Part shown: one piece after another, positions 54,889 through 63,682 of the stretch
Position numbering within the stretch: position 1 is the first letter of the stretch
How the letters are laid out: the number at the start of each line of letters is the position of its first letter
DNA from: an uncultured Gammaproteobacteria bacterium
GTDB lineage: Bacteria; Patescibacteriota; Microgenomatia; Levybacterales; UBA12049
Reading direction: 5' to 3'
Assembly (NCBI GenBank): GCA_964521295.1
Contig: CAZFRF010000001.1
Coordinates: 463,865 to 527,864 of the forward strand
Length of the DNA: 64,000 nt
Notes under the pieces: generated by a model
Seen by the model: only the letters and a program-made list of their open reading frames with translations
Told to the model about the DNA's origin: nothing
Databases searched by the model: none
Translations under genes and position numbers: made by a program

Positions 54889-56622
54889 TTATTTTTTGAA
54901 TTTGAAAATATAATCATTATCCATTTGCTTCAAAAATAACAAATTTTTGTCTTCTTTTACCTTTGATAAAATTTCATCGCCTGTAATTGTCAGAACCTTT
55001 TGCTTATGTAAGGCATCATACTCTAATTTATTAATGATGACATAGTCTACGTTCATTATTTTTATTTTATTAATTGATTCTTTATTGGGAAAATTATAAA
55101 AAAGATACAAGGCATCTTCTTGCCATTTAGCTGGAGAAAAGCCGCTATAACCATTTACAGTTTTCCTAAACGCTATTGTTGAATAGTATTCTCTCTCAAG
55201 CTCTATAGCTGAATTGGGTACATTCCAATTATAAATCGGCATTTGAATATATACAGATTCTTTCGGAATAGAATTTAACCAAGCATATATTTTAGGGAAA
55301 TCTTTTGCTTCCTTGAGTGGGTAAACTTTCATTGGAAAATTATATTCCAAAACAATGCCTAAAATTAAAAATAAAAATACTATTTTTTTGGGTTTTATAA
55401 ACTTACTAAGTAAGATACCTATCGCTACAGCAAGACAAAATATAAACATTACTTCCCAGCGCTCACTATTCCTAAAACCCTTAAACCCGGGAATAAGATA
55501 ATAAAAAAACGCATAGGGTAAAACTATAGGAAAGGGGGAATGAATTGTTTCTCTGTTATAGTGCAAAAGAGGGCCAAAGCTCAAAATTAAACTAAAAATT
55601 CCAGTAACAATAAAACTGTTGTAAATATAATCCCTTAGATTAAAGCGCTTAACATATTTATAAATTAATAAGATAACTAACAAAGAAAATACTAAACCAA
55701 TATATCCATATTTCACCTCATCATATCTTGGATATTTTTTCAGATTTGAAATACTAAGTAGTATGTTTTGCAATCTAGTTTGCTGGTTAGGATAAATTAA
55801 ATCCTCTGGTTGAAGAGCAAAATGAATTGTATCCCTAATATTTCTTGCAGCAGAATATTCACTGTAAACTTCAAAATATGGTTTTACCAACGGAATTAAG
55901 GAAATTAAACAAATGATGATTAAAAATAAATTAGTTTTATTAAAAAGTTTTTGAAATTTATTTTTATTAAATAAAAATATAAAAATTAACAAAATACTAT
56001 AAAACAAAAATAAAAAATATCCTGGTAAAAAACTGTTATACATTTGAAGATCGAAAAACAATAATGCAAAAAATAAGTATCGAGTTTTAAGAGTTTTAAC
56101 AAATATTAAAAACATTAAAATTGACAAAGGAATCCATTGAATCGATAAAATCTGAATATGAACTTCTTTATCTAAAAAGGCTGGAGAGAAGATTAATATT
56201 AATCCTGAAATAAGAGAGGGTAAGAAATTTTTTGTTAAGTAAAAAGATAATAAAAATGTAAAAAATCCCACCATGAAAATTGAAGATATTAAAGTGAAAT
56301 TAACTAAAGCTATTGGTGAATTGAATATTTTTATTAATGGGAAAGAGATTAACGCGGAAGTGATAAACACATCTGAATATGCGATTGGATTTAAATAAGG
56401 ATAATAAAATGTACCAACAAACAAATTTTGTGGACTTGTAAACAAAGAATTAATCACCCAACTAAATACATAACCATGCAAAAGTTGATCTCCATAACTA
56501 GTAACCCCGTTTGATAAATTTAAAATTAAAGGATAGGTAATATAAATTGCGGAAAATACAAAGATGAGAAATGCCAAGGAATAAAGATTAAAAAATCTTT
56601 TAATTAGATTTATTAAATTCAT
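54889..56622 (-). CDS. Large polytopic membrane protein, possible GT-C-type glycosyltransferase
   Basis: 577 aa, at least 12 TM helices. No soluble catalytic domain is recognisable. Confidence 0.4.
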   Translation of the reverse strand: MNLINLIKRFFNLYSLAFLIFVFSAIYITYPLILNLSNGVTSYGDQLLHGYVFSWVINSLFTSPQNLFVGTFYYPYLNPIAYSDVFITSALISFPLIKIFNSPIALVNFTLISSIFMVGFFTFLLSFYLTKNFLPSLISGLILIFSPAFLDKEVHIQILSIQWIPLSILMFLIFVKTLKTRYLFFALLFFDLQMYNSFLPGYFLFLFYSILLIFIFLFNKNKFQKLFNKTNLFLIIICLISLIPLVKPYFEVYSEYSAARNIRDTIHFALQPEDLIYPNQQTRLQNILLSISNLKKYPRYDEVKYGYIGLVFSLLVILLIYKYVKRFNLRDYIYNSFIVTGIFSLILSFGPLLHYNRETIHSPFPIVLPYAFFYYLIPGFKGFRNSERWEVMFIFCLAVAIGILLSKFIKPKKIVFLFLILGIVLEYNFPMKVYPLKEAKDFPKIYAWLNSIPKESVYIQMPIYNWNVPNSAIELEREYYSTIAFRKTVNGYSGFSPAKWQEDALYLFYNFPNKESINKIKIMNVDYVIINKLEYDALHKQKVLTITGDEILSKVKEDKNLLFLKQMDNDYIFKFKK

Positions 56623-57670
56623 TAATTATTTTTACTAAATTCTTAAAGTCCTGTAAACTATGCGCTGGGAAATTACCTATTCTAATTTGCTTATCTTTAT
56701 TTACCCCATAACCACTTCCAATAATAATTCCTTTTGATTTACAAAAATCTAAAAGTTTTTTAGAACCTTTCTTAACATTAATTACTAATGTAGTTGTAGA
56801 TCTTAAATTTTTATCATTAACTGGGATTGAATAATTATTATTTTTTTCAAAATAATTATAAATAAGATTTGCTTTTTCTTCTGTTTCTTCTCTTATTTTT
56901 CTTATTCCTTTTTTAAGCATGTCATTAAGCACTTTATTTAATAAATAAATACCTAAAACATTTGGGGTTTCAGGTGTTTCTCTTTTTAAAGAGTAACTTA
57001 ATAGAGTTGGAAAATTATGATAAGTTCCAATGCTTTTTTTATTTTTTAATAAAGTTTGGGATTTTTTAATAGCTTTTGGACTTAAAATTAATAAACCTAG
57101 TCCCGCTGGTAAACCAAAACCTTTTTGGACAGAAACAAATACCCCATCTAAATATTTATAATTTAAATCCTCATATGGAAGCGAAGACACACAATCTACA
57201 GCAATGAGTAAATTTTTATATTTTCTTTTTAATTTATAAATTTCTTCCATTGATATACCTTCTCCCGTACTCGTGTCATTTTGCGTTACACACAAAAGCT
57301 CTGAGGATTGTAAGTTTTCTTTTTTAATTGATTCCCAATACATCTTCTTAGGTTTTTTTCCCAATTCTTTTGCTATTTCATAAAATCTCTCTCCAAATGA
57401 TCCAGTAATCAAATGCGTACTTTTTTGAATAACTGTATTTTTAATCATTAACTCCATGGCTTCTGTTCCTGAGGTGATAAAAAATATTTGATAATCTTGA
57501 GGAATATTTAAAAGAGTTTTTAAAAGACTGACGGTTTCCGTAAAAAGAACATGAAATTTCTCCCCCCTATGATTTAAAGAAGGGACTTGCTCTTTAATTG
57601 CCATTCTTATGTATTCCTCAACTTTGGGATACAACTTAGATGGACCAACTGTGAAATAAAGGTTTTTCAT
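56600..57670 (-). CDS. serC: Class V aminotransferase (phosphoserine aminotransferase-like)
   Basis: PLP-fold. N-terminal FTVGPS motif typical of SerC/AGXT. Adjacent to the serB-serA fusion. Confidence 0.6.
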   Translation of the reverse strand: MKNLYFTVGPSKLYPKVEEYIRMAIKEQVPSLNHRGEKFHVLFTETVSLLKTLLNIPQDYQIFFITSGTEAMELMIKNTVIQKSTHLITGSFGERFYEIAKELGKKPKKMYWESIKKENLQSSELLCVTQNDTSTGEGISMEEIYKLKRKYKNLLIAVDCVSSLPYEDLNYKYLDGVFVSVQKGFGLPAGLGLLILSPKAIKKSQTLLKNKKSIGTYHNFPTLLSYSLKRETPETPNVLGIYLLNKVLNDMLKKGIRKIREETEEKANLIYNYFEKNNNYSIPVNDKNLRSTTTLVINVKKGSKKLLDFCKSKGIIIGSGYGVNKDKQIRIGNFPAHSLQDFKNLVKIINEFNKSN

Positions 57671-57673
57671 AAT

Positions 57674-59281
57674 TTACTGCTGAATTATACCACTAACTGA
57701 ACAATAACTTAATATTTTATCTCCAACATAATCGGCGATCCTTAACTGAGCCTCCTCTGTGCTTCCACCGATATGTGGTGTCAGAATAACATTATTTAAA
57801 TTTTGTAAATTTGAATGAAATAATTCTCCATTATTTGGTTCATTATTAAATACGTCAATCGCAGCTCCTTTAATTTTACCGTTCTCAATATATTTTACTA
57901 ATTCTTTTAAATCAACAACGAAGCCTCTACTTAAATTAAGAAATATCGAGTTGTTTTTCATTAATCTAAATTCTTTACCAGAAATTAGATTAATATTTTC
58001 TTTTCTTCCATCAACATGGACAGTAATAATATCTGAAATTTTCAATAATTCATCTAAGGATCTACATTTAATCGCATTGCCAAATGACAATTTATCATTA
58101 ATATCAAAATAATATACATGCATACCTAAAGCTTCTGCAAGTATTCCGACACTTGAACCGATATTTCCATAACCGACTATTCCCAAATTCTTACCAATAA
58201 TTTCATTCGAATTAGTTGCTGATTTATCCCAGACTCCTTGATGCAGTTTATTATTTTTTTCAAATATTTTTCTACTAAGAATAATTATCTCTGCAATAAC
58301 CAATTCAACTACGCTTCGCGAATTACTAAAGGGAGCATTTATTATCTGGATTTTTCTTTTTCTACATTCTTCAATATCAATTTGATCAGTTCCTATACAA
58401 AAAGCCGCGATAATTTTTAAATCATGAACATTTTTTAATATTTTTTTAGTAATCCGTGTTTTTGATCTAATACCTAAAATGTTAACATCTTTAATTTTTT
58501 TAATTAAGTCTTCTTCAGATAATGCGTCTTTGATAAATTCAACATTAAAAATATCTTTGTCAAATTTATTTAATACACTTTTGTGAACATTTTCTAAAAG
58601 CATTACATTTAATTTTTTTAATTTATAATTAAAAAGAAATTCGGTTAAAGAATTAGCAATGTAATCAGCTTTATTAGCTAAAACTTCTCTACTAATATTT
58701 TCAGTAAACAAAATGAATTTTGCATTTTTATTATTAATTTTTATCTCATAATCTGTATAACCATCTCCTAAGATATAAAGATTGCCTTTTAACTTTAAGG
58801 CCTCAATTGTTTTTGCCTTTCCTAAAGGCTTAACTAATAAATTATTCCTATCAAAATCTATAACTCTATTTTTTTTATAAATAAATTTGTTTGCAAATAC
58901 ATTTTGTTCTAAAATTCCAAACTCCTTAATGACTGGAATTATATATTCTCTAAATCCTCCGGAAATAATATAAATATTTTCCTTATTTTCTAAAATAAAT
59001 TTCTTATTCTCTAAAAAAGAACTAGAGGTATTTCGTTTTAAAATTTTGATTAACTTATCTATTTGTTTTTTGTTAATATCTAAAAGTCTTAATCTTTCCT
59101 CTAAAGATTTCGTGAATCCAATTTTTCCTTCCATTCCTTGCTTAGTAATATCTTTAATTTTATTTATTATTTGTGATCTGTTTTTACTATTTTTCAAAAC
59201 AATTTCTGCCAATAAATCCATGGCTTCACATTTAATGAATGTACTATCAAAATCAATAATAAAATAGTTAGTTTTTTCCAT
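57674..59281 (-). CDS. Fusion of HAD phosphoserine-phosphatase-like domain and D-3-phosphoglycerate dehydrogenase (2-hydroxyacid dehydrogenase) domain
   Basis: N-terminal IIDFDSTFIKCEAMD (DxDxT) and GDGYTD. C-terminal NAD-binding GIVGYGNIGSSVG and catalytic HIGGST. Confidence 0.7.
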   Translation of the reverse strand: MEKTNYFIIDFDSTFIKCEAMDLLAEIVLKNSKNRSQIINKIKDITKQGMEGKIGFTKSLEERLRLLDINKKQIDKLIKILKRNTSSSFLENKKFILENKENIYIISGGFREYIIPVIKEFGILEQNVFANKFIYKKNRVIDFDRNNLLVKPLGKAKTIEALKLKGNLYILGDGYTDYEIKINNKNAKFILFTENISREVLANKADYIANSLTEFLFNYKLKKLNVMLLENVHKSVLNKFDKDIFNVEFIKDALSEEDLIKKIKDVNILGIRSKTRITKKILKNVHDLKIIAAFCIGTDQIDIEECRKRKIQIINAPFSNSRSVVELVIAEIIILSRKIFEKNNKLHQGVWDKSATNSNEIIGKNLGIVGYGNIGSSVGILAEALGMHVYYFDINDKLSFGNAIKCRSLDELLKISDIITVHVDGRKENINLISGKEFRLMKNNSIFLNLSRGFVVDLKELVKYIENGKIKGAAIDVFNNEPNNGELFHSNLQNLNNVILTPHIGGSTEEAQLRIADYVGDKILSYCSVSGIIQQ

Positions 59282-59434
59282 AAAAAAACCTCCCTTTTCG
59301 GGAGGACTCTTTCTTTTCGTTTACAACAAAATTACCTCCCGCAGTTATTACTACTGCAGGATGGTGAAAAATTGTTGTTTACATCTACTCGACTATTCAT
59401 AATTTAATTATACATTTATTAAGCTTTGTGTCAA
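59282..59434 (-). promoter_or_regulatory. Consensus promoter plus leader containing a Shine-Dalgarno-sequestering terminator hairpin and an alternative anti-sequester partner
   Basis: On the minus strand: TTGACA (59434-59429), 16-nt spacer, TATAAT (59412-59407). Leader GGGAGG (59340-59335) ... CCUCCC (59305-59300)-GAAAA-GGGAGG (59294-59289)-U7-AUG (59281). Confidence 0.45.
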
Positions 59435-59438
59435 TTAA

Positions 59439-62117
59439 TTAATTTGGCCAATGACATTTTTTATATTTCTTGCCACTACCACACCAGCAAGGATCGTTTC
59501 TGCCTAATTTTTTCTTTACTTTTGCCTTTTGATCATCTGAAACTTCTTTATTAAAGTTATCTCCTGCTGCAACCTCTTTTACATTTGCATTATTTAGAGG
59601 ATTCTCAACTAAAGGCTCTTTATGAACATGCATTTTATAAACTCTGTGAACTATTTCATCATCAATGGAACCAATCAATTTTTCAAACATTAGAAATGCT
59701 TCGTTTTTATACTCAACTAGAGGATCTTTTTGTCCATAAGCCCTAAGACCTACTCCTTGTCTAAAGTTCATAATTGCATCTAAATGATCTGTCCATAAAT
59801 TATCAATTACTGATAAATTAACATATCTCTCGATTTGCCTCATTGTGTCGTTTCCCATTTCTTTTTCTCTTTTTTCATAAAGCTCATCAGCTAAATTAAT
59901 TAGGAAATTAATCCGTTCTTCATCAGCCCTGTGCTGCTCAAGTTGCATTGCAATCTGCTTTACTGATTCCTGATCAAAAAGGATAATTGTTGCAAATTCT
60001 TGAGCGATTCTTTCTGACACTGATTGATTCTCATCCAATGAATTTGATTGAATATTCACAATACCAACAATAGCATCATGAATCTTCTCCAACATTTCTG
60101 TTTTTAATTCATCAGATTTCTCATCTATTTCAAGAACTGATCTTCTACGTTTGTAAATAATTTCTCTTTGTTTATTTAAAACATCATCATATTCAACCTC
60201 ATGTTTTCTAGCATCAAAAAAATGTCCTTCTACTTTGACTTGGGCTTGTTCAATTGCCCTTGATACCAAAGGATGAGACAGCGGTACGTCTTCTGGCATA
60301 TTAAAACGAGTCATTAAACCAGAAATCGTATCCCCACCGAAAAGTCGCATTATTTCATCATCTAAGGCTACAAAAAATTGAGACGTACCAGGATCGCCCT
60401 GTCTTCCTGACCTTCCTCTTAGCTGATTATCTATTCTTCTCGATTCATGTCTTTCAGTACCAATAACATATAATCCTCCTAGTTTTACTACTTCATCATG
60501 GTGCTTTTGCCAAACTTCAAATTCTTTTCCTTTCTTATCTGTTCCGTCAGCATTTCGAGGAGGTTCTCCTCCTAAAATAATATCAACACCTCTTCCGGCC
60601 ATATTCGTTGCAACGGTTACAGCACCCTTTTCCCCGGCTTTGGCAATAATTTCTGCTTCTCTTTCATGATTTTTAGCGTTTAAAACTTCATGTTTAATTC
60701 CTTTTCTTCTTAAAAGTTCTGAAATAATTTCATTTTTATCAATTGAAGTTGTACCCACTAAAACAGGCTGACCTGTGGCATGAATTTTTTCAATTTGAGC
60801 TGCAATTGCACTTATTTTAGCTCTGTTTGTTTTATATATAGCATCTGATAAATCCTCTCTTACCATGGGTCTATGAGTGGGGATAGTAACAACTTCTAAT
60901 TTATAAATTTTATTAAATTCTTCAGCTTCGGTTACAGCAGTTCCTGTCATACCAGCTAAAATTTCATACATCCTAAAATAATTTTGGAGAGAAACTGTTG
61001 CAAGAGTCTTTGACTCTCTTTGAATTGGCACATTTTCTTTTGCTTCAATCGCTTGATGTAGGCCTTCAGAAAGTCTTCTGCCAACCATAAGTCTTCCCGT
61101 AAACTCATCGACAAGGATTACCTCTCCATCTTTAACGATATAATCTTTCTCTCTATGGAAAAGAGTTTTAGCCTTAAGAGCCGCTTCAAGATGATAAACA
61201 GTATCAAAATCTTTTTCATAAATATCTTTGATACCAAACATTTTTTCTACTTTTGCTAAACCATGCTCTGTTAAATGAGCTGTTCTTAATTTCTCATCTA
61301 TTTTAAAATCTGTTTCTGACGTAAGTTTTTCGACTAACTTTGCATATTCATAATATTTTTGAGTTGGCTCTTCATCGGGCATAGAAATAATATGAGGAGT
61401 TCTTGCTTCATCAATTAAAACCGAATCAACTTCATCAACGATTGCAAAATAAAACCCACGCTGAACTAAGCTTGCCTTGTCCTGTGCCATATTATCTCTT
61501 AAATAATCAAAACCAAATTCAGAATTAATTCCGTAGACAACATCTGCAAGATATGCTTCTTTTCGATCTACTGGTTTTAAATGCATAAGTCTTGGGTCAG
61601 TAGACTCAGTGCTTTTATATTTAGAGTCATAAATAAATGATTGTTCAGAAATAAGTGAAGAAACTGTTAAACCTAAATAATCAAAAACAGGAGCCATCCA
61701 TCCTGCATCTCTTCTTGCCAAATAATCATTAACCGTAACTAAATGCACGCCTTTCCCTGTCAAAGCATGTAGATATAACGCTGGAGTTGCTGATAAAGTT
61801 TTTCCCTCACCAGTTTTAGATTCAGAAATCTTTCCGCTTGCAAGCACTGCAGCTGCCATTAACTGAACGTCGAAATGTCTAAGACCTATGGTTCTTCTAG
61901 CAGCTTCCCTAACTAGGGCGAATGCTTCGGGTAGGATTGAATCCAGAGGTTCACTATCTTCAATTCTTTCTTTGAATTCTTTAGTTTTTTTAGGAAAATC
62001 AGTATCCTTTAACTTTTCGTATTTCTTCTCTAAGCCATTAATTTTTTCAATAACAGGCAGAAGCTTGGTGATTTCTTTATCGTTGGAGTCAAATAGCTTT
62101 CCGAAGATCTTTAGCAT
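59439..62117 (-). CDS. secA: Preprotein translocase ATPase SecA
   Basis: DEAD-like motor motifs. C-terminal zinc finger CWCGSGKKYKKCH. 892 aa. Confidence 0.9.
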   Translation of the reverse strand: MLKIFGKLFDSNDKEITKLLPVIEKINGLEKKYEKLKDTDFPKKTKEFKERIEDSEPLDSILPEAFALVREAARRTIGLRHFDVQLMAAAVLASGKISESKTGEGKTLSATPALYLHALTGKGVHLVTVNDYLARRDAGWMAPVFDYLGLTVSSLISEQSFIYDSKYKSTESTDPRLMHLKPVDRKEAYLADVVYGINSEFGFDYLRDNMAQDKASLVQRGFYFAIVDEVDSVLIDEARTPHIISMPDEEPTQKYYEYAKLVEKLTSETDFKIDEKLRTAHLTEHGLAKVEKMFGIKDIYEKDFDTVYHLEAALKAKTLFHREKDYIVKDGEVILVDEFTGRLMVGRRLSEGLHQAIEAKENVPIQRESKTLATVSLQNYFRMYEILAGMTGTAVTEAEEFNKIYKLEVVTIPTHRPMVREDLSDAIYKTNRAKISAIAAQIEKIHATGQPVLVGTTSIDKNEIISELLRRKGIKHEVLNAKNHEREAEIIAKAGEKGAVTVATNMAGRGVDIILGGEPPRNADGTDKKGKEFEVWQKHHDEVVKLGGLYVIGTERHESRRIDNQLRGRSGRQGDPGTSQFFVALDDEIMRLFGGDTISGLMTRFNMPEDVPLSHPLVSRAIEQAQVKVEGHFFDARKHEVEYDDVLNKQREIIYKRRRSVLEIDEKSDELKTEMLEKIHDAIVGIVNIQSNSLDENQSVSERIAQEFATIILFDQESVKQIAMQLEQHRADEERINFLINLADELYEKREKEMGNDTMRQIERYVNLSVIDNLWTDHLDAIMNFRQGVGLRAYGQKDPLVEYKNEAFLMFEKLIGSIDDEIVHRVYKMHVHKEPLVENPLNNANVKEVAAGDNFNKEVSDDQKAKVKKKLGRNDPCWCGSGKKYKKCHWPN

Positions 62118-62143
62118 TAGTTAATCTTAACACAAAACAGCCT

Positions 62144-62175
62144 CAAAAAAAATCCCTCACTTATACAAGTGAGGG
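62144..62175 (-). terminator. Intrinsic terminator/attenuator hairpin in the secA leader
   Basis: On the minus strand: CCCTCAC-UUGUAUAA-GUGAGGG followed by U8. Located 27 nt upstream of the secA ATG and 220 nt downstream of the serS stop. Confidence 0.5.
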
Positions 62176-62226
62176 AACCAATTGATCAATTGGTAATAAT
62201 TGGTAATGCTCCAAATTGCTTACCAA

Positions 62227-62256
62227 CTATTTCTTCTTCTTCTTTTTCTTTGCCAT
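62227..62256 (-). CDS. Candidate leader peptide MAKKKKKKK (9 codons)
   Basis: GGGAGGTG Shine-Dalgarno, 8-nt spacer, ATG at 62256. Seven consecutive AAG/AAA codons, TAG stop. Lies 50 nt upstream of the terminator hairpin. Confidence 0.35.
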   Translation of the reverse strand: MAKKKKKKK

Positions 62257-62395
62257 GATCAATTCACCTCCCTTGTGAGTTATATAAACTCAATTAATCT
62301 TATAATCTACCTTTTACTATGTACTGTCAAGGGTTGTTGCTTGCCTCAAAATAATAGAATTAGATTGAATTGGAGAGATAAATTATTTCTAAATA

Positions 62396-63682
62396 CTACT
62401 TAAGTACCTCTTTGCCGATATATTTCTGTAAAACCTTAGGAACTCTAATAGAACCATCGCTATTTTGATAGTTTTCTAAGATAGTAATAATTGTTCTACC
62501 AATTGCAAAACCTGTACCATTAAGAATATATACATACTTTTTCTCATTTCCATCTTGATACTTTATATTTAATCTTCTAGATTGAAAATCAGTAACAGTT
62601 GATACGCTTGTAACTTCTCTGTATATATCCTGTCCTGGCATCCAAGCCTCTATATCGTATTTTCTTGCTGCAGGGAAACCAAGATCACCTGTACACATCT
62701 TAACTACTTGATATGGAATCTCAAGAGCTTGAAAGAATTTTTCCTCTAGAGAAAGCAGGTACTCATGTTCTTTGTCATCTTCACCCTCTGGAACAAATGA
62801 AACCATCTCTAACTTATCAAACTGATGAACTCTTAAAATTCCTTTTGTATCTTTTCCGTAGCTTCCTGCCTCTCTTCTGAATGCTGTTGAAAAACCTACA
62901 TATCTTTTGGGCAATTCTTTTGCATTTAATACTTCATCTTTATGCATTGGAACCAGCGCATGCTCTGCTGTACCAACTAAATACATATCGTCTTTTTCTA
63001 GATGATACATATCTTCCTCTCCACCATTTTCCATGTATCCAAGGCCTTTCATTGTTGCTGAAGACAATAGTACAGGGGGAACAACTGGAGTAAATCCTTC
63101 TTTAATTAAAGTCTCTAAACCGAACTGAACAAGCGCAAATTCTAATAAAACTGCATCGCCCTTTAAATATGCAAATCTTGCACCGGAAACTTTTGAAGCG
63201 TTTTTTACATCAATAATTCCTAATTTCTCACCTAAATCTAAATGATCAAGTGGTGTGAAGTTAAATTTAGTTGGTTCTAGAAATTTTCTAACTACATCAT
63301 TTTCCTTATCATCTTTACCTACTTTAACATCGTCTTTTGATGGATTTGGGATTTTAAATAACCATTGATTTAATTCTTCTTCTAAAGCAACTAAAGCAGC
63401 CTCTTCTTTTTCTAAACTCACTTTTAATTTCTTACCAGCTTCAATTTGTTCATCAGTAGGTTTCCCTTTTATGGAAGCGGAGTTAGCATTTCTTTCTTCT
63501 CTTAGTTTTTGTACCTTTTGAAAAAGATCTCTATATTTTGCATCTATTTCTAATAGATGTTCAAAATCAACAGTTATCCCTTTATCTTTTGCGGCTTTTT
63601 CTACTTTTGCTTTATTTTCTCTAATAAATTTAATATCTAACATGAGCAAATTATATATCTTTTTATTTTTTTTGACTATCAA
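62396..63682 (-). CDS. serS: Serine--tRNA ligase
   Basis: N-terminal coiled-coil arm and class II core. Likely true start is ATG at 63643 (MLDIKFIREN); the track start is TTG. Confidence 0.9.
   Translation of the reverse strand: MIVKKNKKIYNLLMLDIKFIRENKAKVEKAAKDKGITVDFEHLLEIDAKYRDLFQKVQKLREERNANSASIKGKPTDEQIEAGKKLKVSLEKEEAALVALEEELNQWLFKIPNPSKDDVKVGKDDKENDVVRKFLEPTKFNFTPLDHLDLGEKLGIIDVKNASKVSGARFAYLKGDAVLLEFALVQFGLETLIKEGFTPVVPPVLLSSATMKGLGYMENGGEEDMYHLEKDDMYLVGTAEHALVPMHKDEVLNAKELPKRYVGFSTAFRREAGSYGKDTKGILRVHQFDKLEMVSFVPEGEDDKEHEYLLSLEEKFFQALEIPYQVVKMCTGDLGFPAARKYDIEAWMPGQDIYREVTSVSTVTDFQSRRLNIKYQDGNEKKYVYILNGTGFAIGRTIITILENYQNSDGSIRVPKVLQKYIGKEVLK

Noticed and set aside
58238-59267. ORFs 58238-58420(+) and 59046-59267(+)
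   Set aside because: Antisense inside the serB-serA fusion gene.
61888-62403. ORFs 61888-62124(+) and 62200-62403(+)
   Set aside because: The first is antisense to the secA 5' end. The second spans the secA leader on the opposite strand from the Shine-Dalgarno-equipped poly-Lys uORF and the terminator, which give a more coherent reading of that region.
62881-63093. 70-aa plus ORF
   Set aside because: Antisense inside serS.
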